The position numbers were made by a program, and so were the translations under genes. Under the pieces are notes generated by a model. That model was not told the origin of the DNA. It saw only the letters and a program-made list of their open reading frames with translations, and ran no database searches. DNA of 12,297 nucleotides, taken from the IMG/VR virus record IMGVR_UViG_3300028920_000902, positions 1-12,297 of that record. The stretch is one strand, 5' to 3'. Every line of letters starts with the position of its first letter. The first letter of the stretch is position 1. The DNA comes from a virus (lineage: Duplodnaviria > Heunggongvirae > Uroviricota > Caudoviricetes). Positions 1 through 6,518 of this stretch are shown here, one piece after another.

Positions 1-408
1 ACAATGGTGTATGACATCAAAAGCTCCATGCCTAACGAGCTTGAGAAGTTTGCACGGGCAGCAGACATTGTGACCATTCACATACCGGCCAAGTGTATCA
101 ATCTTGGTACATCTGTGGCGTACAATCACCACTTCATTGACGCGGAGAAGCTGTCGTGGCTGAAGAACGGGGCGGCGGTGGTGAACACCAGCCGTGGTGA
201 CATTGTGGACGTGGATGCCATGTATGATTGGCTGATGGACACGGACGGGGTGTACTATGCTGACGTGCATGATCCCGAGCCGTACAACGGGCTGTTTGAC
301 GATGAGGGGTGCAGGTTCTACGGAACGCCCCACATGGCTTCGTATACCGAGCGGGTGGTGGACAGGAACACGGAATTTGCCAAGGAGTTGATGGGGGCGC
401 TTGAGTGA
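1..408 (+). CDS. D-isomer-specific 2-hydroxyacid dehydrogenase (SerA/LdhA-like), C-terminal part of the NAD-binding domain; 5'-truncated by the window edge
   Basis: Motifs ADIVTIHIP, AAVVNTSRGDIVD, ADVHDPEP and TPHMASYT. The catalytic Arg (193-195), Glu (277-279) and His (331-333) are present. The frame is open to position 1 and the GxGxxG motif is absent, so the true start lies upstream. Confidence 0.9.
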   Translation, partial: TMVYDIKSSMPNELEKFARAADIVTIHIPAKCINLGTSVAYNHHFIDAEKLSWLKNGAAVVNTSRGDIVDVDAMYDWLMDTDGVYYADVHDPEPYNGLFDDEGCRFYGTPHMASYTERVVDRNTEFAKELMGALE

Positions 409-1343
409 AGTATTTGTTTCTCAGAGGCAAGGTCGATAAGCGCACCCAGCAGGTGCGTACATTGGCCGAATCAAGCGACATGTGGACACACTTGGCGTTT
501 GGCCTTGGGGAAGTGGTTGAGTTGTGGTACTGGGGGGGTGACAGGGTACACCGGTATGGGCCTGGATTGGTTGAGCGCTGGATACCCGATTTTAAGCGTT
601 CTGAGCTGCCTGACTACCGACCTGATGTTATCATATGCCGGGGTGGTTTCCCTCAGTACAAACACGTCCTACGGCGGTTTGACGGTGCCCTGCGGGTATA
701 CTACGGTGCTGGCAAAAGGTACATGCCGGACGGGGATTATGATTTGGCCCTCGTGGACGATCCACAACAACAACAAGCCGTGCGCAAGAAGTATCCTAAT
801 GCGTTGGTTCAACTGTGGGAGAAGCCTGCGGCGCCGCATTTTGTTCACCGGAATGTGAACAAGGTGTACGATCTGTGCTACATTGCCAATGGACAGCAGG
901 CCAAAATAAAGAACATCAAGTGGGTTTATGATACCTGCCCCAAACACTATAAGCTACTGCATCTGGGCTATTCATCCGGGTACGCTGTACCAGACAATGT
1001 GGTACAAGAGAGAGTGGATAGGATGCAAATGCCCTCTCGTATTTCTCTATGCCAGGTTGGAATTGTACCCTATACTGCCTATGACTCTGCCCCAAGGGCA
1101 CTTATAGAGATGGCGGCATGTGGCCTTCCGGTGGTTGCAATGGAGTCTACGCATCACCACTACCCCTCCCTGAGCATCAAAATGGCTCCCGTTCGCAAGT
1201 TCTGGGCACATGTGGACTCGGCAATGCCGTTTGCGCACCTCTATTCGGCAGCCAAGCGCAGTCGTGAGGTGCGGAAGAGGGTCAACATATCCACCGCCGC
1301 TGACAGGATAAACACTCTAATTGGGGCATTGTGGCATGAATAG
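405..1343 (+). CDS. GT-B fold glycosyltransferase (GT4/Glycos_transf_1-like), 312 aa
   Basis: C-terminal motif GIVPYTAYDSAPRALIEMAACGLPVVAM at ~1083-1139 has the D/E-x7-E signature followed by ACGLPVV. The GTG start overlaps the upstream TGA (GTGA). No transmembrane segment is evident. Confidence 0.8.
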   Translation: MKYLFLRGKVDKRTQQVRTLAESSDMWTHLAFGLGEVVELWYWGGDRVHRYGPGLVERWIPDFKRSELPDYRPDVIICRGGFPQYKHVLRRFDGALRVYYGAGKRYMPDGDYDLALVDDPQQQQAVRKKYPNALVQLWEKPAAPHFVHRNVNKVYDLCYIANGQQAKIKNIKWVYDTCPKHYKLLHLGYSSGYAVPDNVVQERVDRMQMPSRISLCQVGIVPYTAYDSAPRALIEMAACGLPVVAMESTHHHYPSLSIKMAPVRKFWAHVDSAMPFAHLYSAAKRSREVRKRVNISTAADRINTLIGALWHE

Positions 1344-2010
1344 GGAAGTTGTTGGCAAGCAGCTTTTGGAGATATTGGCCTGCGGTGAGCGGGTTGGCAT
1401 TAGGCACGCTATGTTTGTCGGGTTTGGAACGCTGCTGGGGTTTGCCCGCGAGAAGAACCTCATTGAGCACGATGACGATACTGACGTGTGTGTGCGAGCG
1501 GATTGGATAACAGAGGAGCAGGAACAGGCGTTTTATGGGGAGCTGAGAGCACAGAACATGTTCATGTACCGCCACCGCCGAGCGGCCCGGAAGGACACGG
1601 GGCGGCTTCTGTGGCTATCCCTGCGGTCGCAAATCAAGGAGCACGGCGGGGCCAAGAGCTGCGTATGGTTCATGTTCCCGTGGAAGGGCTATTTGTGGCA
1701 TTGCAAGGGAGGCCGGTGGCTGAAAAAGATAGGCATGAAGCCCGATGTGTACAAAATGCTTCCCAATCGTGGGCAGGACTTGGACAAATATACCACGTTC
1801 TTGAAGGGAAATACCCTTTCTGCATACGAGCCGCTTGTGTCTGTGGACTTTTGTGGCGGAAAGGTAAACGTGCCTCCCGGCATAGGAACCTTACTGGACG
1901 AACACTACCCAGATTGGGCTATTCCTGGCAAGGGTGCATCCCTCAGACACAAGCTGGTGCTTGTGGGCCAATGGGATGACGATAGGACGTGGATGTTTAT
2001 TAACGCCTAG
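1336..2010 (+). CDS. licD: LicD/fukutin-family nucleotidyltransferase-fold phosphotransferase, 224 aa
   Basis: GTLLGFAREKNLIEHDDDTD (1426-1485) matches the LicD GTLLGxxRxxxxIPWDxDxD motif, and FCGGKVNVPPGIGTLLDEHYPDWAIP matches the C-terminal FxGxxxxVP..L...Y..W..P pattern. ATG 1336 (GGGG 9 nt upstream, 8-nt overlap with the GT4 gene) is preferred to TTG 1321. The symbol is family-level only and the substrate is unknown. Confidence 0.85.
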   Translation: MNREVVGKQLLEILACGERVGIRHAMFVGFGTLLGFAREKNLIEHDDDTDVCVRADWITEEQEQAFYGELRAQNMFMYRHRRAARKDTGRLLWLSLRSQIKEHGGAKSCVWFMFPWKGYLWHCKGGRWLKKIGMKPDVYKMLPNRGQDLDKYTTFLKGNTLSAYEPLVSVDFCGGKVNVPPGIGTLLDEHYPDWAIPGKGASLRHKLVLVGQWDDDRTWMFINA

Positions 2011-2516
2011 GCGGCCTCCCGCACCATACTCGTGAGCAGGTCGTTGAGATCGTCCCACGCCGCACCCCCCGCCGCACCCCACGCCGCATCCCACGCCGCA
2101 TCCCCCGCCGCATCCAGCTCTGTATCACCGATATCACCGCGTATCCACGCACGTTTTGCGTCGATAGCGTGCCACGAGCGCTCGTCTTCGACACCGGCAG
2201 CACCGAGCATCTGTTCTGTGACCTGACACGCGAACTCGTGCAGCACGTTGGTTACGTCGGTGGCGGAGAGTACTGTGCGGTGGCGCCCGACGAGCTTATT
2301 ACTGTCTTCGACGACATCGCCCCAGACCTCGACCTCGCAGAGGATGCAACCCGGAGCGTATTGCAACGCATCGAGTACCCGCCGTGATGCGTGTAGGCCA
2401 GAGTGGCACATCTTCACGAATCCCTTGTGGTGATAGGTTTTGCCAACCACGAGTGGTTGTCCGTCGCGGAGATTGCGGCCGTTACGAACGAAGTGCCATG
2501 CACGAATCTTGGTCAT
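2007..2516 (-). CDS. Phage hypothetical protein, 169 aa: N-terminal C-x-x-GLHAS...DAL-x-YAPG domain (DUF7666-like) plus C-terminal Imm5-like helical part with AA(W/G)(D/G) repeats
   Basis: Strong SD AAGGAGG 7 nt upstream of the ATG and its own promoter. MCHSGLHAS..DALQYAPG..LCEVEVWG and ERSWHAIDAKRAWIRGDI..ELDAA..AAWDAAW resemble a common uncharacterised phage family (recalled). Confidence 0.75.
   Translation of the reverse strand: MTKIRAWHFVRNGRNLRDGQPLVVGKTYHHKGFVKMCHSGLHASRRVLDALQYAPGCILCEVEVWGDVVEDSNKLVGRHRTVLSATDVTNVLHEFACQVTEQMLGAAGVEDERSWHAIDAKRAWIRGDIGDTELDAAGDAAWDAAWGAAGGAAWDDLNDLLTSMVREAA
2053..2112 (-). repeat. Five tandem 12-nt repeats, + strand YCCCMCGCCGCA, encoding AA(W/G)(D/G)
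   Basis: + strand units: tcccacgccgca, ccccccgccgca, ccccacgccgca, tcccacgccgca, tcccccgccgca. Confidence 0.95.
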
Positions 2517-2523
2517 TGGTTAC

Positions 2524-2530
2524 CCTCCTT
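2524..2530 (-). promoter_or_regulatory. Shine-Dalgarno AAGGAGG for the 2516 start codon
   Basis: The + strand reads cctcctt at 2524-2530, 7 nt from the CAT at 2514-2516. Confidence 0.85.
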
Positions 2531-2536
2531 ATGCCA

Positions 2537-2565
2537 AATCTACTATGTGTTGTTGCACAAAGCAA
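2537..2565 (-). promoter_or_regulatory. sigma70-type promoter for the - strand gene (TTGCTT-N17-TAGATT)
   Basis: -35 at 2560-2565 and -10 at 2537-2542 on the - strand with an exact 17-nt spacer. The predicted start site (~2530) lies just ahead of the SD. Confidence 0.55.
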
Positions 2566-2581
2566 CCACAAGATATAGGGG

Positions 2582-2596
2582 GTATCAGTTTGATAC
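2582..2596. promoter_or_regulatory. Palindromic operator candidate GTATCA-gtt-TGATAC between the divergent promoters
   Basis: Perfect 6-bp inverted repeat with a 3-nt spacer in AT-rich intergenic DNA. Confidence 0.5.
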
Positions 2597-2605
2597 ATTT
2601 TACCC

Positions 2606-2634
2606 TTGCCTTCCTTAGTCATTTGTGTTATATT
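2606..2634 (+). promoter_or_regulatory. sigma70-type promoter with extended -10 for the morphogenesis operon (TTGCCT-N17-TATATT, preceded by TGn)
   Basis: -35 TTGCCT at 2606-2611, 17-nt spacer, TG at 2626-2627 and -10 TATATT at 2629-2634. Predicted start site ~2640-2641. Confidence 0.7.
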
Positions 2635-2640
2635 GTATAG

Positions 2641-2658
2641 CGAGGCTGTTTAGCCTCG
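2641..2658 (+). other. 5'-terminal leader hairpin CGAGGCT-gttt-AGCCTCG
   Basis: Perfect 7-bp stem with a 4-nt loop, beginning at the predicted transcription start. Confidence 0.6.
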
Positions 2659-2682
2659 GCAAACATTCACCAATATAGCTAC

Positions 2683-2718
2683 AAGGGCGTTCAAGCCATA
2701 GCTTGACGCCCTTTCTTT
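2683..2718 (+). terminator. Intrinsic terminator/attenuator-like hairpin in the operon leader
   Basis: AAGGGCGT-t-CAAGC-cata-GCTTG-ACGCCCTT forms a 13-bp stem with one bulge (2683-2713). It runs into TTTCTTT (2712-2718) and then directly into the ATG at 2719. Confidence 0.5.
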
Positions 2719-2961
2719 ATGACTTGGTATCAAATCAGATGTCCGAACAAGCGCAGAAACGGCGGCACCAAGCCGTGCGCTAATACGCTTAAGTTTGTGG
2801 ATCAGATTGAATCCAGCAAACGGGAGATTCTGTATTGCTCTTCCTGTCATGCGCAATGCCATCTTACGTGGAACGCTGCTGGGGGATGCACCATACAGAT
2901 TCCCAAGAAAAAGATTATCGTTGAGGCGCAACTATATCCGGTAGTTGGACAGCGAGGATAG
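2719..2961 (+). CDS. Small zinc-ribbon protein (Mu Com-like Cys pattern), 80 aa
   Basis: IRCPN-x10-CANTL...EILYCSSC parallels Com IRCxxCxKLL...IEIRCPRC. The ORF fills the gap before the portal gene and carries the portal SD in its last codons. It has no SD of its own. Confidence 0.55.
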   Translation: MTWYQIRCPNKRRNGGTKPCANTLKFVDQIESSKREILYCSSCHAQCHLTWNAAGGCTIQIPKKKIIVEAQLYPVVGQRG

Positions 2962-2962
2962 C

Positions 2963-5071
2963 ATGGTAGACATACCCACAGAACAGGTTTTCGAGTTCGA
3001 TTTGGGTGGCAAGAGAAAGAAGTATGTGCGTGCCAATGATGAAAAGCTGATGGCGCACTACAGGAAGTGGCTGTCTGCCAAGCAGGCACAGCGCAGGGAG
3101 CGCGAGCGAGAGTTTGAAAACCTACGGATGTACTGTGGGGTGGACAATTCCCAATTGCCCGGAGCCATACAGTCATTTCTCAGGCAAGAGGCTCGTGGTG
3201 TAGACCACGGGCAGTTTACGCATTTTGGGCAGTATAACCTTCTCAGGCTCAAAATCAACGGCATTGCCGGAAGCATCATACGCAACCCGTTCGATGCGAC
3301 ATTTGTTGCGGACGATGAATCACAGACAGAACTGACGATGGCCCTTCAGGAAGCCTACATGAGCGATAAGGAACTCATGGACTGGCAGGCTGAGGACTCG
3401 ATGGTTACCACGCTTGGGCTGGTGTATCGCGGCACGTTGCGAATGTACGTGAAGAACACCTTCCCCGCCTCGCCAATGGGCAATATCGCCATTGAGTGTA
3501 TGCCTCCCGGCACCACCATTGATGACCCCGACTGGATAACTACCAGCAGCAAAGACATGAAGAACCATTGGACACTGGCCCTGATGACTATGGAGGAAAT
3601 CAAGGAGCGGTGGCCGATGAAGCGTGACATTATCAGCCGGGAAGAGTGGCTGATGGCAAATGGCGGGAACAACTACGAGGCAAAGAAGAATGTCGATTGG
3701 AACCGCAACGTAGATGATGTTACGCACCGTCACGGAAACCTCTATTTGGTGGTGCAGCACAACTACCTGAAGAAAGAAAAAATTGACCGGGAATTTGACG
3801 CACGAACCGGAACTGTTTTCTGGGAGTGGATGAGTGATGAGCAGAAGAAAGACCTCGCCATTAAGAATGGTATCGGCTCCGAGGATATTAAGAAAATCAC
3901 CCTCCATGATAACGTGGCTTACACTTATACCTTTGCTCCCGGTCTTTCTTTGTCTTACGCTCTGGATGACTATAAGGATGAGTTTCAGCTTGGGCGCCTG
4001 CCCTACTTTCCGTGGACTACCACGCGGATGAACGGCAAGCCCGTTCCGATGGTGGATCAGCTTCGGGACGCACAGGTGGAAATCAACAAGCGCCAATCAA
4101 CTATCACCCTTGCTGCGGAAACGTCAATCAACGGTCACCTCATGGTGGACGCGGCCATCTTCGGTATGGACAAGAAGAAGATGGATGACTTCGTGAAGAA
4201 CCGCAACAACCCGCAGGCCGTCAGCTACGTGAAGGCGGGGGCATCACGGCAGTTCCCGAATGCGGTGCAAGAGGTTGGGAAGCAGCAGATACCCCCCGAT
4301 CTTTTCGGCATTGTAAACGAGATGGTTGACCTCATGGACAGGCTGGTTCCGCAACCCGCCGCGTCGGAGGGGCGCACGGAGCGTTCGGGCGAATCGGGAA
4401 TTTTGTTTGCCCACAAGGTTGAGGTTGCAAAAACCATGCAGTCCACCATGCTGGCGTCTCGGAGACAGCTTTGGAACGACCTTGGTGAGGCGTATTTCTT
4501 CATGGCGAAGCAGCTTTATTCCAAGGGGCGCAGGACATTCACCGACGGTAAGGGGTTGCGGAAGATGACAATCAACAACCCCGTCACCCTCGGCAACGGT
4601 GAGGATGTGGTGGTCAATGACTTCTCGGGGCTGGCGCGGCACCGGGTGGTTATCTCCGAGGCACCCGCCGGTGTGAACAACAGGCTGATGCAGCGCGAGC
4701 TAAACGCCACGCTGGCACAGCACTTCGCACAGTTGGCACCGAATACGAGTATGAGTTTCATGGAAAACGTGGTCAATTCTCTTGACCTTGATGAGATCAA
4801 AAAGCAAGAGGCCATAGAATCCGTTGCGTTGGATCGCCGTCGATTGCAGAGTGAGACCGAGGCTGCTATTGCCAATGCGGAAGTGATGAAGCAGCAGGCT
4901 CGGGCAGCGGCACAACCTGCTGGCGGTCCTCCGGGCGGCGGAGGGGCCCCTGAGCCCGGTGGCGCTCCAACAAGTCCTGGGGGGCCGTTGCCGGTAGGCG
5001 GCGAAAGCGTACCACAGCTATCAGGTGAACAACCAGAACTTTCATCGGGCCTGACACTAGCGAGGAGATAG
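2963..5071 (+). CDS. Portal protein, P22-like family, 702 aa
   Basis: N-terminal RMYCG..QLP...YNLLRLKINGIAGSIIRNPFD..F pattern, central PYFPW...NGKP.PMVDQLRDAQVEINKRQS, then SGILFAHKVE and a C-terminal helical plus G/P-rich tail. SD GAGGA (2954-2958) supports ATG 2963 over TTG 2945. Confidence 0.85.
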   Translation: MVDIPTEQVFEFDLGGKRKKYVRANDEKLMAHYRKWLSAKQAQRREREREFENLRMYCGVDNSQLPGAIQSFLRQEARGVDHGQFTHFGQYNLLRLKINGIAGSIIRNPFDATFVADDESQTELTMALQEAYMSDKELMDWQAEDSMVTTLGLVYRGTLRMYVKNTFPASPMGNIAIECMPPGTTIDDPDWITTSSKDMKNHWTLALMTMEEIKERWPMKRDIISREEWLMANGGNNYEAKKNVDWNRNVDDVTHRHGNLYLVVQHNYLKKEKIDREFDARTGTVFWEWMSDEQKKDLAIKNGIGSEDIKKITLHDNVAYTYTFAPGLSLSYALDDYKDEFQLGRLPYFPWTTTRMNGKPVPMVDQLRDAQVEINKRQSTITLAAETSINGHLMVDAAIFGMDKKKMDDFVKNRNNPQAVSYVKAGASRQFPNAVQEVGKQQIPPDLFGIVNEMVDLMDRLVPQPAASEGRTERSGESGILFAHKVEVAKTMQSTMLASRRQLWNDLGEAYFFMAKQLYSKGRRTFTDGKGLRKMTINNPVTLGNGEDVVVNDFSGLARHRVVISEAPAGVNNRLMQRELNATLAQHFAQLAPNTSMSFMENVVNSLDLDEIKKQEAIESVALDRRRLQSETEAAIANAEVMKQQARAAAQPAGGPPGGGGAPEPGGAPTSPGGPLPVGGESVPQLSGEQPELSSGLTLARR

Positions 5072-5097
5072 TGTCGCCCACAACCAAGGGGTAACAA

Positions 5098-6516
5098 ATG
5101 GCAGAGAGCCAGAAAGAGCAGACTGCGGAGCAGCCCCAGCAGGCTGAGCCGCAAAAGAAGATGACCCCCGAAGAGTTTCAGGCGAAACTGGCTTCGGGAG
5201 ACATCGACACTAGTACCACTGACCCCCAGACGCTTATTGATGAGATGGTGGCGTTTGAGGAGCCTGAGGACACTCAGGAAAAGCCGGTGGAGACACCGGA
5301 ACCAAGCCTCGGTGAGGTGAAGGAAGGGCCCCCGAAGGAAGAGCCGGAAGCGCCGGTTCAGTTTAAGAACTTTGGGGAACTGATGGCAACGGCAAAGGAA
5401 GAGCTTGGGGACGAGTTTGCGTCCGCAAGGGACATCATTGTCAAGGCCAAAAACCAAAAGGAACACCTTCAGAAAATGCAGACGGCTGTTGAGCGGTGGA
5501 AAAACGACGCCACCAGCGCAGACAGAAAGATTGCAGAACTGGAGGCGAAACTTGCGGAGAAGGCAAAGGAAGTGCCAGCGGCACCGACAGCCCAACCGCA
5601 GCCCGCGCCTGCAAAGGCAGAGGAACCCAATTTTGAGGCCGAGATTCCAGAGGTTGATAAGCCGGGCGAATTTGCTGATGCTGACGAAGTTGCAAAATAC
5701 TTTGACAAGGTTCGCAAGCGCGACAACCTGATTGCAGACAAGAAGATTAAGTGGCTGAAGACAGAGCAGGAAAAGTCTGTGAAGGCTGCCGAGTCTCGGA
5801 TTAAGGAGATCAACAGGTCCGCGCAAGAGAGAGTTGAAACCGAATTGCGACAGCGTCAGGAGCAGGAGCGGATAGAGCGTCAGCGGCAGGAGTCGTTTGT
5901 TGCAGCCAACGACTTTGTGAGAAGCCACAAGGAGTTTGGTATCAATGATGTTCGTGAGAACGACCAGAAGTACAGCGAGTGGGCGTCTCAGGTGGAATAC
6001 CTGAAGCGCCAGAATCCCGCGTACCAAAACCGTGACCTCGTTGCAGATTACTTCAACGGTGTTTCGGATGCGGTACAGCTTTTGGACGGGTATGCTCTTA
6101 CGCCCCCCGGTGGGGCAAAGGAACATGCCATGCTCATTGAGCTTGAGAGGATTGCCTTGTCTCATAACTTTGTGGATAAGACAACTGGGCGGCCAAACTT
6201 TGAAGAGGCATATGTTTTGAAGAAGGCGCGGGATGGCGTTGATCTCGAAGAGACAAACGAGAGGGTTGCAAAAGCCGTTGAGCAGACGGTGGATGTGATT
6301 CAGCAGCGCCAGTCAGCACCGCAATCGCTTGGGGCTTCGGAGGCTCGTGCGAAAGAAGAGGGGCCGTCGGCAACCCCCGAGCAGATTCAGACACGTATCA
6401 CCCAACTACAGGCTAACATGTCTTCAATGCGTCCAGATGACCGCATAAAAGCGATGGGGGAGGTAGAGGAGCTAATGTCTAGTCTAGGCATGACACAACT
6501 TAGTACAGGAGCTTAA
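5098..6516 (+). CDS. Probable capsid scaffolding/assembly protein, 472 aa
   Basis: Sits between portal and capsid genes. E/K/Q/A-rich coiled-coil segments with P-rich linkers. SD AAGGGG upstream. The assignment rests on synteny and composition only. Confidence 0.6.
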   Translation: MAESQKEQTAEQPQQAEPQKKMTPEEFQAKLASGDIDTSTTDPQTLIDEMVAFEEPEDTQEKPVETPEPSLGEVKEGPPKEEPEAPVQFKNFGELMATAKEELGDEFASARDIIVKAKNQKEHLQKMQTAVERWKNDATSADRKIAELEAKLAEKAKEVPAAPTAQPQPAPAKAEEPNFEAEIPEVDKPGEFADADEVAKYFDKVRKRDNLIADKKIKWLKTEQEKSVKAAESRIKEINRSAQERVETELRQRQEQERIERQRQESFVAANDFVRSHKEFGINDVRENDQKYSEWASQVEYLKRQNPAYQNRDLVADYFNGVSDAVQLLDGYALTPPGGAKEHAMLIELERIALSHNFVDKTTGRPNFEEAYVLKKARDGVDLEETNERVAKAVEQTVDVIQQRQSAPQSLGASEARAKEEGPSATPEQIQTRITQLQANMSSMRPDDRIKAMGEVEELMSSLGMTQLSTGA

Positions 6517-6518
6517 CA

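Noticed and set aside
2053-2112. CRISPR array or DGR variable region
   Set aside because: Contiguous 12-nt units have no spacers. There is no reverse transcriptase or TR/VR pair, and one variable position is T/G on the coding strand, so variation is not adenine-specific.
2703-2733. Second rightward promoter starting at TTGACG (2703-2708)
   Set aside because: No acceptable -10 at 16-18 nt spacing. The hexamer is part of the leader hairpin stem.
3320-4642. 258-aa and other - strand ORFs inside the portal gene
   Set aside because: Antisense shadows of a well-supported gene, with no independent signals.
4900-5068. G/P-rich low-complexity end of the portal as a collagen-like or separate element
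   Set aside because: No sustained Gly-X-Y periodicity. Disordered C-terminal tails are common on portals of this type.
4516-6165. 549-aa - strand ORF
   Set aside because: It is the in-register antisense shadow of the E/K-rich scaffold gene, which explains its L/F-rich sequence. No motifs, SD or promoter; explained by scarce TTA/CTA/TCA codons on the sense strand.
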